Notes: a model not told the origin generated them from the letters alone. Positions 38,115-47,264 are shown, counted from the first letter of the stretch. The stretch is DNA of 64,000 bases from an uncultured Chthoniobacteraceae bacterium (GCA_964595865.1 CAZQRL010000005.1:62433-126432); one strand, 5' to 3'. A program made the numbers and translations.

Positions 38115-38534
38115 CTACAATTCCCAACGACGTTTGGGACGCTTGTTATCCGAGAAGATCGAGTCTTCGAAATTCCCGAGTCGGTCAATTTTGGCGTGCA
38201 ACAGGTAGAACCAGACAAAACCGGTGACCGAACCAACGATTCCAGCGCCAAGGATCACTAAGCCGAAAACCTCGGGAGCCAAAGCGGGGCCAGAACCATC
38301 TTTTAGCAGAATAAAGAGAACGCTCGCGGCGGCTGCAGCCAAAAAGCAGAGGCCGCAGTTTCTTGTCGCCACCGAGCGCCACAAAGCGTTTGGGTCTCCC
38401 GAAAAAAAGATACTCACGGAGACGATTAAGGAAACAACCAAAGCCACCCCGCTCACTGCAAGATAGAGCGATGGTGAAGGGTCCGCCGGAGCCTGGCTGG
38501 CCCCCGAAGCAAGCAGGATTGTCAGATTAGTCAT
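38115..38534 (-). CDS. Hypothetical membrane protein (3 TM)
   Basis: 139-aa ORF with three hydrophobic segments; lower GC than neighbours. Confidence 0.55.
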   Translation of the reverse strand: MTNLTILLASGASQAPADPSPSLYLAVSGVALVVSLIVSVSIFFSGDPNALWRSVATRNCGLCFLAAAAASVLFILLKDGSGPALAPEVFGLVILGAGIVGSVTGFVWFYLLHAKIDRLGNFEDSIFSDNKRPKRRWEL

Positions 38535-38762
38535 GTTGAAGTGGATTTTTGACCTATCTCAATGGGGGCCAGATGAGTTTTGTTGGACAATGCAAAGCAA
38601 TTCTCAGGCCAGTTCCTCAACCGGGAAGTGACATTCGCGTCGAACAAAGTGACGAATGGCGAAAATTTCGCCTGACCGAGCCAGGCCCCCGACAAAAACC
38701 CGTAAAAATCAGCAAATCTTTTGCTGGAAAACTCGTCTCCAGCCTCTAATGTGCCCACTAGT

Positions 38763-38836
38763 TGCCCGATGGTGTAACGGTAACACAGCGGCCTTTGGAG
38801 CCGTTATTCATGGTTCGAATCCATGTCGGGCAGCCA
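38763..38836 (+). tRNA. tRNA-Gln (TTG)
   Basis: TGCCCGA/TCGGGCA stem, GGTGTAACGGTAACAC, GCGGC-CT-TTG-GA-GCCGT, GGTTCGAATCC, encoded CCA. Confidence 0.95.
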
Positions 38837-38859
38837 TTTTGGGCGAGAATTTTGGGCGA
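38836..38859. repeat. 11-bp direct repeat abutting the tRNA-Gln 3' end
   Basis: ATTTTGGGCGA at 38836-38846 and 38849-38859. Confidence 0.7.
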
Positions 38860-38945
38860 TATCTCCAACCATTCTTCCACGGTGTTTGGGAATAGTTCCT
38901 TGGAGCGAGAAGCCCCCAAGATTCCTCTTTAACAAGACGGAAAAT

Positions 38946-40016
38946 TTAGTGCCGTAGATCCGCTTCACGAATTTTTCGCCGCGATTTGTCTTTCGGAGGA
39001 AAGAGGGATTTGCCTTGAAACCACTCGGGTTCGATGACGGTCTCGGAAGGGTATTTGCCAAAGCCTTTGCGGTTGTTTCGGATAAGCTCAATGAGCTGAT
39101 GCAGAGCAATCTTGTGATGGTCGAGAACTCTGACGAGACAGCCGGCGATTTGGTGGGGGTTGGAGAAGCGGTCGGGTTCGACGTGAAAAGCGGCGACGGA
39201 GGGGCAGCGCTGCTCAGGCGTGGTCTGGTTGAGATAGGCCTCAGCCATGCCCCGGTGCAAAAAAACGGCGACATCGGGCTGCAATTTCTGGAGCCAGAGA
39301 AGCGTCTCCGGCTTGAGTGGTGCGGCTGGGGGGGCGGTGGAGATGTGTATGGACAACCGCGCTCCCGGCGGGAGTTTGCGCTCGCGAAAATTATACACGG
39401 CCCCGAAGCGGGCGTCGTCGTCCAAGCTGGAGGGTGTCTCAATGAGAACAACTGCAAGATTTTTGTAACCCAGTGCGCAGATGTTCTCGAGGCTGCGGTT
39501 GGCGTAGTCAAAAGCACTGTGGCGAATGATGTTGCAACGAATGTCGGGGCAGGCGCGGTCGAGCTTGATAAGGGAGAATTTGTCCCAAGGAAAATGCCGC
39601 CGCTCTTCTGGGGTCCAAGGTATACTGTTCGAAGTAAAGAGCAAACCTTCGAACCCGAGGTTGTAAAGGGCCTTGCCAGTGGCGGATGGGCTGCTGAAGG
39701 CAGTCAAATCTACCAACTCGACATCAATATCCATCTCCTCGGCAGCGCGCAAAAGAAGTTCCTGGCGGTAGGCGTGAAAGGTTCGCTGCAAGTAGCCAAT
39801 CTTGAAACGCTTTTTTGCTGCCGAGTGACGCTGACTCGACAAAACTGAAGCCGCAATGTTGGGCTTGTAGCCAAGGCGCTTGGCAACACTGAGAACATGC
39901 CTCCGGGTCTTCTCGGAAGGGCCAGATCGTCCTGCCACCACTTGAGATACGGTAAAGGTGGAAACCTTGGCGGCAAGCGCCACCTCCTTACGGGTGATTT
40001 TTTGTGCGGGTGACAT
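38946..40016 (-). CDS. LacI-family transcriptional regulator
   Basis: ITRKEVALAAKVSTFTVS...SEKTRRHVLSVAKRLGYKPNIAASVL HTH and hinge; divergent ligand domain ending PEWFQGKSL. Confidence 0.85.
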   Translation of the reverse strand: MSPAQKITRKEVALAAKVSTFTVSQVVAGRSGPSEKTRRHVLSVAKRLGYKPNIAASVLSSQRHSAAKKRFKIGYLQRTFHAYRQELLLRAAEEMDIDVELVDLTAFSSPSATGKALYNLGFEGLLFTSNSIPWTPEERRHFPWDKFSLIKLDRACPDIRCNIIRHSAFDYANRSLENICALGYKNLAVVLIETPSSLDDDARFGAVYNFRERKLPPGARLSIHISTAPPAAPLKPETLLWLQKLQPDVAVFLHRGMAEAYLNQTTPEQRCPSVAAFHVEPDRFSNPHQIAGCLVRVLDHHKIALHQLIELIRNNRKGFGKYPSETVIEPEWFQGKSLFPPKDKSRRKIREADLRH

Positions 40017-40124
40017 AGGCTAGATAGAGGCGAGGTCCAGCGTGGGGAAAAAACTCTGAGAACAAGCTGGACGTGGAGCTTTGTCAATCTGGATGCTGGA
40101 TAAGCCCGCAAAAAACTACCCGAG

Positions 40125-40365
40125 TAGAAAAAATGGTGCCCGGTTGGTGGCGATTTGCCATTGGAGGCAAGCCTCGGCGGCTCCGGCTCATTTGCGGCAG
40201 GAGACTCCGCGAAGGACCCGAACCGCTGGGTCTCGATCTATTGGGGATTCCGGGTGTGGAGCGGGCGGAAGGGGTGATGCCGTATGCTTCCGGTCCGGTG
40301 CGGCTTGCCTGGAAACGAAACCCGGATCGCACTTTTGCACCCGAAATTGAACCCCCTACCACAAT
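40125..40365 (+). pseudogene. Fragment resembling an alpha-L-rhamnosidase (GH78) C-terminal domain
   Basis: PGWWRFAI...AEGVMPYASGPVRLAWKR resembles the GH78 C-terminal A.G.VPTP.G.V.V.W motif; no N-terminus present. Confidence 0.4.
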
Positions 40366-40375
40366 CTCTCTGCAA

Positions 40376-41183
40376 ATGAAAAACCACCCCTTGCCAACCA
40401 ACCATCCAATCAAGAGTTCCTATTCCCCCACCATTTATTTTGCGCACCTCCGACAACCGGAAGTCTTCGCGCTCATTGAACAGCTGGTAGTGATCGCGAT
40501 CATTGGGGTCCTTGCCGCCTTGCTTTTTCCTGCGTTTGGCAGCCTGCGAAAATCGGCGATGTAGAGCGATGCGATCAGCTGCCAACGGCAGCTTTATGGG
40601 GCGCTTTCCTCGTTTGCCACTGAGAATGGACGACTGCCCGTCGGCGATGAAGGAAAGTAACCAGACACTCCGAACCAGCGAGGAATCATCTGGGTAAATC
40701 CTCTGGCCCGGTATTTGGATCATCCGGAGCTCGAACCTAGCGCGAGCCATGTTCACGAACTTTCCTGGAAAGTTATCACCGGAAAATAAGCTATAGCGGC
40801 ATGGGTTTGTCCGGGGTTGCTGATGAAAATATTTGTGCCGGACTCTAAGGCTGGGCTGGGAAAAATTCACTTCGACCAGATCAAGGCCCAGACGCCCGAT
40901 CTGATTGGTGGCGTGGGCTACAACGTAAAACCTCTCGCGCCGAGCAAGAGTGCCAATGCGAGCTGGAATACCAACTGGACCGACACGACGTGCAACTGGG
41001 CGGTCTTGAGCCAGATGTCTTGGCGGGGAGTGTTTGCTTCCTCCTACGACTGGTATCTCGAGATAGGAGGAGCCCGGGCTTATGACCGCTTCGGCTCCAA
41101 CCGTGCGGTGATGACTTTTTTTTGATGGGAGCTCGCGGTTCGTCAATCGCACCGAATTTGAAAAAGCCCTAGACACTCCCTGA
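40376..41183 (+). pseudogene. Prepilin-type N-terminal / H-X9-DG family protein, pseudogene
   Basis: FALIEQLVVIAIIGVLAALLFPAF; three in-frame stops (first TAG at 40562); WVCPG, VGYN; T8 frameshift at ~41116-41123 restoring RFGSNRAVMTFF-DGSSRF. Confidence 0.8.
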
Positions 41184-41205
41184 ATCGCAGCTGGGAGGCA
41201 GGTAA

Positions 41206-41721
41206 CTAGAGGGGTGGAAAAAGCGGATGGATGGGAGGGTGAGTGTCAAAAAAGGTTGACCGCAACATATTTGCCACAAGGGAGTAAATCCCGGGTTCCT
41301 GGCTTTCGCGCGAGCCAGCTACATTGAGAACGCGGACAGAATGCCGGAGCAGAAACTCTCGGAGAATTGGGGAGAGGTTGGCGGGGTGCGAGTCGTCTCG
41401 TAGAACGAGATGCAGTAAAGGTTTGCCAAAAGCTTGGGCGATTTGAAGCGTGGCCAGCGAGCCTCCGATGGGCTTTTCTGCTCGAGTGAAAACGACGGTT
41501 CCATCGCTGTCGCGCACATTCCACTCTGTGCGTTGCCGGGGGTCGGAAGAGGGAGTTTCCCGCAAGCGGTAGCGGGGAGGAATCGGTCCGTCTTCGGCCC
41601 AACGTCCGGCAGGGCACCAACCTCCATGAGGAAAATTGTATTCCAGTGCCACATCGAGGGCCGCGCGATCGGCACCCGTTTGCCCTCCAGAGACAAATTG
41701 ATGAGGTAGAGGAGTTACCAA
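41206..41721 (-). CDS. cpYpsA/SLOG-family ('putative molybdenum carrier') protein
   Basis: VSGGQTGADRAALD, GGWCPAGR.AEDG, RTEWNVRDSDGT, GGSLAT, LNVAGSRES; start approximate. Confidence 0.85.
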   Translation of the reverse strand: MVTPLPHQFVSGGQTGADRAALDVALEYNFPHGGWCPAGRWAEDGPIPPRYRLRETPSSDPRQRTEWNVRDSDGTVVFTRAEKPIGGSLATLQIAQAFGKPLLHLVLRDDSHPANLSPILREFLLRHSVRVLNVAGSRESQEPGIYSLVANMLRSTFFDTHPPIHPLFPPL

Positions 41722-41758
41722 GATGAGGGGGACGGAGGTTGCGGATCGGATTGTGTGT

Positions 41759-42265
41759 CTACAGTGCCGGAAGTTCGGCCCAGAGCGGCTGTAGATCCGG
41801 ATCAGTGCTCGCAAGAGAGCCGAGGGACTCGTGCAGTCGGAACGCCTGGGCGAGTAACCTGCGGGCGGCAGGTAGGTCTCCCAGTTGACAGGCATAGCAG
41901 GCCAGGTTGAAATGAATGAGGGGCTCGCTGGGATGTCTTTCCAAGGCCCGCAGCAATATCTCTTGAGCGGCCTGTAGAGAAAGGGAACGGCGCGTGGCAT
42001 AGGCCCACTCCAGCCACCATTGCGCTTGGTCGGGGAAGAGTTCGACGAGTTGGGCGGCGACTTTGGTGAGCTCCGCCCAGCTTTGCCCGTGGTGGTGCAG
42101 GAGCGCGCGCAGCGCGAGAACGGGAGTAGAGCCCCTTTTTTCCGGGGAGATTTTCCCAAGACATTCCCACGCATCATCCAGCATCCCCAACTCCATGTAG
42201 CCTTCCGCTTCGCAGCAGAGGCGTTGCGTAACTGAATCACTCGAAGCGGGAATTTCTTTTGGCAT
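41759..42265 (-). CDS. TPR-repeat protein
   Basis: AEGYMELGMLDDAW, WLEWAYATRR, IHFNLACYACQLGD. Confidence 0.75.
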   Translation of the reverse strand: MPKEIPASSDSVTQRLCCEAEGYMELGMLDDAWECLGKISPEKRGSTPVLALRALLHHHGQSWAELTKVAAQLVELFPDQAQWWLEWAYATRRSLSLQAAQEILLRALERHPSEPLIHFNLACYACQLGDLPAARRLLAQAFRLHESLGSLASTDPDLQPLWAELPAL

Positions 42266-43196
42266 GGCTAGAATCACGGCGAGGCAACCAGCAGGCGGAT
42301 CCTGCGATGAGGAGCAGAATCCAAGTGGAGGGTTCGGGTATAGCAGCGAGGATAGCGGCGGAGTAGTTGGCAATCTGGGCACTGAAGGTGACGCTCCGGT
42401 CTCCGGGGCTGCTGGCGATGCTTGCCACGGCAGTTTGCGAGGGCTGTCCGAGGAAGTTATTTTGATATGTTCCATTTTGCAGCACCCCGACTGCCAACAT
42501 GATCCCCACCAGCTCCCAGCTACCAGATTTTTTCGTGAATACGGCTCCTCCAGAGTCCCCCAAAGATCCTTGGGCTTGCCCGGCTGTAGGGCCGAAGTCC
42601 GTGGAAAAATAGACCGTGCTGCTTCCTGTGAGATTCACATCCTGCACGGAACTGGTGCCCCAGCGCAGAACATTCGGAGAAGACCAAGTGTAGCCTTCGG
42701 CATTCGAGCCGCCCTCGGTCCAGGGATTCGTCGAGGTATTCCAAGTTACTTTCGTGCCGGTGCGTCCGTTGCCCATCATGACCACGGGGTCTCCACTCTC
42801 CGGGGCATTTGAGGCGAGGGTTATGGGAGTGAGTCCGGTAAGGGCGGTGTTGAGACGGAAAACTTTGAGGTCCGCAGTGCCAATCTGTTGCTGGTCGTAG
42901 AAGTCGGTGAAAGTTTGCTCGGCGATTTCCAGGCTGTTGCCACTGACGGAGAAGTGGTTGGCGGTGAGAAACCAAGCAGAGCCGCCGTAATTACCCAAAA
43001 AGACGGCTGTGGCCACGTGAGTGGTGAATCGCCCGATGGAGTTCCAGCCGGGGTCATCCAACGGGGCAACGAGATTCGCCGCCGTGCCATCATAGACCAA
43101 AACGGCCTCCAAGCGTGGCGCCAGAAGGAGGAAGCCAGCTATTAGAGCAAGGGATTTCAACGAGAACACTCTCTTCGGAAGTGCCAGAAAAATCAA
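42237..43196 (-). CDS. PEP-CTERM-anchored trypsin-like (S1) serine protease
   Basis: Signal peptide, LTANH, DLKVFRL, GDSGG triad motifs; IPEPSTWILLLIAG tail. Confidence 0.85.
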   Translation of the reverse strand: MIFLALPKRVFSLKSLALIAGFLLLAPRLEAVLVYDGTAANLVAPLDDPGWNSIGRFTTHVATAVFLGNYGGSAWFLTANHFSVSGNSLEIAEQTFTDFYDQQQIGTADLKVFRLNTALTGLTPITLASNAPESGDPVVMMGNGRTGTKVTWNTSTNPWTEGGSNAEGYTWSSPNVLRWGTSSVQDVNLTGSSTVYFSTDFGPTAGQAQGSLGDSGGAVFTKKSGSWELVGIMLAVGVLQNGTYQNNFLGQPSQTAVASIASSPGDRSVTFSAQIANYSAAILAAIPEPSTWILLLIAGSACWLPRRDSSHAKRNSRFE

Positions 43197-43220
43197 TCTC
43201 GCCCGCGTTGGGGGTGCGAT

Positions 43221-44204
43221 TAGAGTAAAATCATTTAGGGTTTATCATGGTGAGAGCGGCGAGAGCGATGGAGGGCTTGTGTGGGCAGCGTTCGGCGAGC
43301 TTGGGCCAGGAGAGGTGCGGTTGGCCCGCCGGGGATCCTGGAAGTGCTCGCGCGAATAGTCGCGCAGGGAAAGCATCTGGTCTTCGGTGCGAGGCGGGTT
43401 GCGCTCGTAGATCTCTAACTTGAGCGCCCGGCGATATCCCTCGGGCACATTAATGGCCTGCAGAATGCGCCACTGTTGCGGTTCAGCCTCCTGAGCCAAT
43501 ACTTTTTCAGCCGCCCTTACCGGTCAATATTCAGCCGGGCAAAGCTTTGGGTCATCCCGCAGGACTCCCTCCCGGTGGCCTTGTCGCAGCTGCCCCGCGT
43601 AGCTCTCGATGTCGGTGAAGGTTTGCCACATTCGCCACCCGGCAGCTGCGCCCTTTGGGCTGCATTGGCACGCAGGCTATCTCGCCCGGCTCCGCCGGGC
43701 TCGGTTACGCCAGCAGCGGGCGGTAGCCGTGGGTTGCCTCCCGGTGATCGGGCAGCGCCTTGGAAGCGAGGCTGGGCATTGGCGTGGCTCCGAAAACCAA
43801 GAACCGCCGGTTCTGCACCATCAGCCCAATGCGCTCCCCGCGGTGCGGCGCGGTCCATCCGATGCGGCTCTCCCGGTCGGCCAGCTTCCACGCCGCCGGA
43901 CCTCAACCCAGCAGCGCCCCTCAGCGATCTCCCGCTTCGACCACTTGGAGCAGACAGCGACCACGCCGCAAATCCCCAAGGTAGGGCTCGTCAGCGAAAT
44001 ACGGCCCGGCTCTCTCGTATTCATCCTCTCGCAGAGCGCGAACACCCAGGCGCCAGAGTTCAACAAAAACAGGTTCCTTTTCCAAGAGTGGGGTTTGGCG
44101 CGGGTTCTTCACCCCCTTATGGCAAAAAAATCATCCATTTTGGTAAGACTTTTTCTTCTTCACACCCTCTTTCAGGCTCGGCCCGTCTAAAAGAATTTAC
44201 CCTG
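43221..44204 (-). mobile_element. Decayed, internally deleted DUF4338 + ISAs1-family IS
   Basis: Imperfect terminal IRs CAGGGTAAATTCTTT (44204-44190) vs TAGAGTAAAATCATT (43221-43235), 11/15. Broken frame GDR*GALLG*GPAAWKLADRESRIGWT..MVQNRRFLV..HGYRPLLA..TFTDIE..KKYWL (DUF4338), then FQDPRRANRT (ISAs1 N-term); no DDE core. Confidence 0.75.
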
Positions 44205-44232
44205 GGGACGCTAATTTTTCCTAAAAAAGGAC

Positions 44233-44260
44233 TTGGCAAGGCGAATTGGAGGGATAGTTT
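44233..44260 (+). promoter_or_regulatory. Putative rpoA-rplQ promoter
   Basis: TTGGCA-N16-TAGTTT with an A/T-rich upstream tract. Confidence 0.5.
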
Positions 44261-44388
44261 TCCCCTCTGCGCTAAACCACTAAGCCGTCGGTCCCCGGGG
44301 AGTTTGCCTCGCAAATTTCCCATGCGCACGGGGGTAACCCGGTCGAAATCACTTCCGCCTACCGGAAACGGTTGGCCCCATAAAAAAC

Positions 44389-45405
44389 ATGCCCATTCGT
44401 TTAGGACGATTTGAAATCCCGAAGACGCTCATCAAAGAAGAGAGCACCCTCACGGATACTTACACCAAGTTCATCGCCGAGCCCTTCGAGGCCGGTTACG
44501 GTCACACCATCGGCAACTCTCTGCGCCGGGTCCTGCTTTCCTCCCTCGAAGGAGCAGCCATCACGGCGGTGGAAATCGCTGGAGCTCCGCATGAGTTCAC
44601 CAGCCTGGATGGGGTGGTGGAAGATGTCACCGACATCATTCTCAACCTCAAGAAGGTCAAATTCAAAGTGCAAGACCGCGAGACGCATCGCCTGAAAATC
44701 TCCGTGCAGAAGGAAGGTCCAGTGACTGCGGCAGACATTACTACCACCCATGCCTGCGAAGTGGTGAATCCGGACCAGCTCATTTGCACCTTGGACAAGA
44801 AGCAAAAGTTCGAGGCGGAGTTGCAAGTGCGCATTGGGCGTGGCTTTGCCACGGGGGATGAAAACAAATATCCCGACATGCCGATTGGGGTCATTCCGAT
44901 AGACTCGATCTTCTCTCCAGTGACCCGCGTGAAATATGCCGTGGAAGCGCACCGCGTGGGGCAGCGCACGGACTACGACAAGCTGGTTTTGGAAATCTGG
45001 ACCGATGGGCGCCTGACGCCTGAAGACGCCCTCCTGCAGGCTTCCGCCATTCTGCGGCATCACCTCGACGTGTTCGTCAACTTCGACGATTCACAGGTCG
45101 AGATTGATGAGACTCCGCAAGAGGTCAGCCAGGAAAACACGCGCATGAAGAAGCTCTTGAACATGAGCGTGAATGAAATTGAACTCTCTGTGCGCGCTGC
45201 CAACTGCCTGAACAACGCGAACATCATCTCCGTGGGCCAGCTGGCGATGAAGACCGAAGGCGAGATGCTCAAGTATCGCAACTTCGGTAAAAAGTCGCTC
45301 AACGAAATCAAAGACAAGCTGCAGTCTCTGGGACTTAGCTTGGGCATGAAGTTTGAGCCCGGGTTGGTGGACCTGCCGGTCGAAGCCGAGAAGTCCGAAG
45401 ATTAG
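44389..45405 (+). CDS. rpoA: RNA polymerase alpha subunit
   Basis: EPFEAGYGHTIGNSLRRVLLSS, HEF..GVVEDV, IDSIFSPV, ELSVRAANCL, RNFGKKSLNEI. Confidence 0.98.
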   Translation: MPIRLGRFEIPKTLIKEESTLTDTYTKFIAEPFEAGYGHTIGNSLRRVLLSSLEGAAITAVEIAGAPHEFTSLDGVVEDVTDIILNLKKVKFKVQDRETHRLKISVQKEGPVTAADITTTHACEVVNPDQLICTLDKKQKFEAELQVRIGRGFATGDENKYPDMPIGVIPIDSIFSPVTRVKYAVEAHRVGQRTDYDKLVLEIWTDGRLTPEDALLQASAILRHHLDVFVNFDDSQVEIDETPQEVSQENTRMKKLLNMSVNEIELSVRAANCLNNANIISVGQLAMKTEGEMLKYRNFGKKSLNEIKDKLQSLGLSLGMKFEPGLVDLPVEAEKSED

Positions 45406-45428
45406 GCCATTTTTCCGAAATTAACGTC

Positions 45429-45956
45429 ATGAGACATCAGAAAAAAACCGTCAAACTGGGCCGCAAGGTGGAGCATCGGGATGCGCTGCTGGCCAATCAG
45501 GTCTGCAGTTTGATCGAGCACAAGCGCATCAAAACCACGCTGGCGAAAGCCAAGGCCGTGCGTCCCCTGGCGGAAAAGATGGTCACTCTGGGCAAACGGG
45601 GCGACCTCCATGCCCGGCGTTTGGCCATTAGCTACCTGCGCCAACCTTCCACAGTGAAAGTGCTTTTTGACAAAATTGCTCCAGCTGCTGCGGAGCGCAA
45701 AGGCGGCTATACGCGCATCATCAAACTCGGGCAGCGACCAAGCGATTCTGCCCCGATGGCCTATCTCGAATGGGTGGACATCGCTGTCGCTGCGGAGGCG
45801 GAGCTTCCGCTTGCTGCGGGAACCGCGGTTGAGGAAAAGCCCGCCAAGGAGGCGAAAGCTCAGAAAGAACCCGCCGCGAAAAAGGAAAAGTCCGCTGAGC
45901 CCAAAAAGCCGACGGCCGCGAAAAAGTCGGCGGCGAAAGAAGAAGCTGCGGAATAA
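45429..45956 (+). CDS. rplQ: 50S ribosomal protein L17 with Lys/Ala/Glu-rich tail
   Basis: MRHQKK..KLGR, IKTTLAKAK, GGYTRIIKLG.R.SD.APMA. Confidence 0.97.
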   Translation: MRHQKKTVKLGRKVEHRDALLANQVCSLIEHKRIKTTLAKAKAVRPLAEKMVTLGKRGDLHARRLAISYLRQPSTVKVLFDKIAPAAAERKGGYTRIIKLGQRPSDSAPMAYLEWVDIAVAAEAELPLAAGTAVEEKPAKEAKAQKEPAAKKEKSAEPKKPTAAKKSAAKEEAAE

Positions 45957-45985
45957 GATTCCGGCGCTCTCATCTGAACCGACTC

Positions 45986-46024
45986 TCCCCGGGGCACGGC
46001 CAATCCGTCCCCGGGGATTTTTTT
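45986..46024 (+). terminator. Rho-independent terminator after rplQ
   Basis: TCCCCGGGG-C-ACGG/CCGT-CCCCGGGGA hairpin followed by T7. Confidence 0.85.
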
Positions 46025-46069
46025 ACGGACGCTTCTGCAGGTATGAGCTGCTTATTCTGACTTCCGGTC

Positions 46070-47263
46070 GTGAAGCATTTCCGAATTCACATGGAGGCGT
46101 TTTTACGTGGAGCCTGGGCTGCTCGGGCAGCGCTGGCGATTTGGCTGACTTATGGGTCGGTTTTGGGAGTCCTTGTCGCGCTGGAACCCGATCGGCGAAC
46201 CGTGACGCCGAATTACCGACAAGCCGCAGAAAAATGGTGGCCCGGAGAGGAAGACATCTACACCGGCAAGAAAAAGGGATTTCTTTACCTGCCGCAGGCG
46301 GCAATTCTTTACTCGCCGTTTGCCATTCTGCCCAAGCGCCTCGGCGAGCCGCTCTGGCGATGGGTGAGTCTAGGGATTCTGGCCTGGGCTCTGTGGCGTG
46401 CGGCCCGCGTTTTCCGCTCCAGCGCGTTGCCCGAAGGCGGGGCCTTTTTTCTCCTCACGGTGCTGACTTTTCCGGCGAGTTTGGCCAGTGCTGGCAACGG
46501 GCAGATGAATATCCTCTTGGCTGCGCTCTTTCTGCACACTGCGGTCTGTCTGGCCAAGCAAAAGTGGGCCCTCTCTGCCGGGACCTTGGTCTTGGCCTTT
46601 GCTTGGAAGCCTTTGGCGGCAGTCTATTTCTTGCTCGCGGGTGCGCTCTTGCCCAAGCTGCGCGGATTGCTTCTCGGGGCCTTGGTTTTGGCTTTTGCCC
46701 TGCCATTTTTGCATCCCTCCCCGGAGTTTGTCTGGCGGCAGTTTCAACTTGGTGCCCAGGTTTTGCGGGCTTCAAGCCAGCCGGGATTTCATGAATTCTG
46801 CGATTTGGCGGGAATGTTCCGCACCTTTGGCATGCCTTTGTCGGATGGGGTGTGGTTCATCCTGCGCGCCTTCGCAGCCTTGGGGACTTTGGGGTTGGGG
46901 TGGCTCGCGCTGCGGCGCCGTCCATGGCCCGAAGCTCAGCTTCTGCTCTACGCGCTGGCAGTAACCTATCTGGTTCTATTCAATCCGCGCACCGAGGCCA
47001 ATAGCTACATCCTTCTCGCGCCGGCGGTGGCCATTTGGACCTTGAGAGCGTTTCCCTCGGTCGGCACGGAACGATTCTCCCGGCTTTTTCTTCTGTTGGT
47101 TGGCTTGGCGATTGCTTTGGGGTGTGACAGCTACGGCTTCATTCACCACTGGACGAATCTCTGGTTCAAAGCCCTCGCTACCTCCTTTTTTGCCGCTTGG
47201 GTGGCTTGGCAGATTCTTGCCAATCCTGGTTCAAGCACGGCTGCGCGGTCAGGAGCCGGGTAA
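46070..47263 (+). CDS. GT87/DUF2029-like polytopic membrane glycosyltransferase
   Basis: GFLYLPQAAILYSPF, GNGQMN, AWKP, NPRTEANSY; about 10 TM. Confidence 0.7.
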   Translation: MKHFRIHMEAFLRGAWAARAALAIWLTYGSVLGVLVALEPDRRTVTPNYRQAAEKWWPGEEDIYTGKKKGFLYLPQAAILYSPFAILPKRLGEPLWRWVSLGILAWALWRAARVFRSSALPEGGAFFLLTVLTFPASLASAGNGQMNILLAALFLHTAVCLAKQKWALSAGTLVLAFAWKPLAAVYFLLAGALLPKLRGLLLGALVLAFALPFLHPSPEFVWRQFQLGAQVLRASSQPGFHEFCDLAGMFRTFGMPLSDGVWFILRAFAALGTLGLGWLALRRRPWPEAQLLLYALAVTYLVLFNPRTEANSYILLAPAVAIWTLRAFPSVGTERFSRLFLLLVGLAIALGCDSYGFIHHWTNLWFKALATSFFAAWVAWQILANPGSSTAARSGAG

Positions 47264-47264
47264 C

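Noticed and set aside
38531-38758. 75-aa minus-strand ORF upstream of tRNA-Gln
   Set aside because: No motifs; it overlaps the expected divergent promoter region
41108-41128. T8 tract as a phase-variation switch
   Set aside because: The gene already has three upstream nonsense codons, so slippage could not restore it
43900-43925. TGA at Trp positions in the DUF4338 relic (and TGA/TAG in the AAA relic), suggesting stop-codon recoding
   Set aside because: The same relics contain TAA/TAG stops and frameshifts, TGG is used normally, and TGA terminates many intact genes here; ordinary decay explains it
43500-44112. Druantia defence system
   Set aside because: DUF4338 here is a broken IS-associated domain; no DruE-like helicase or other dru genes are present
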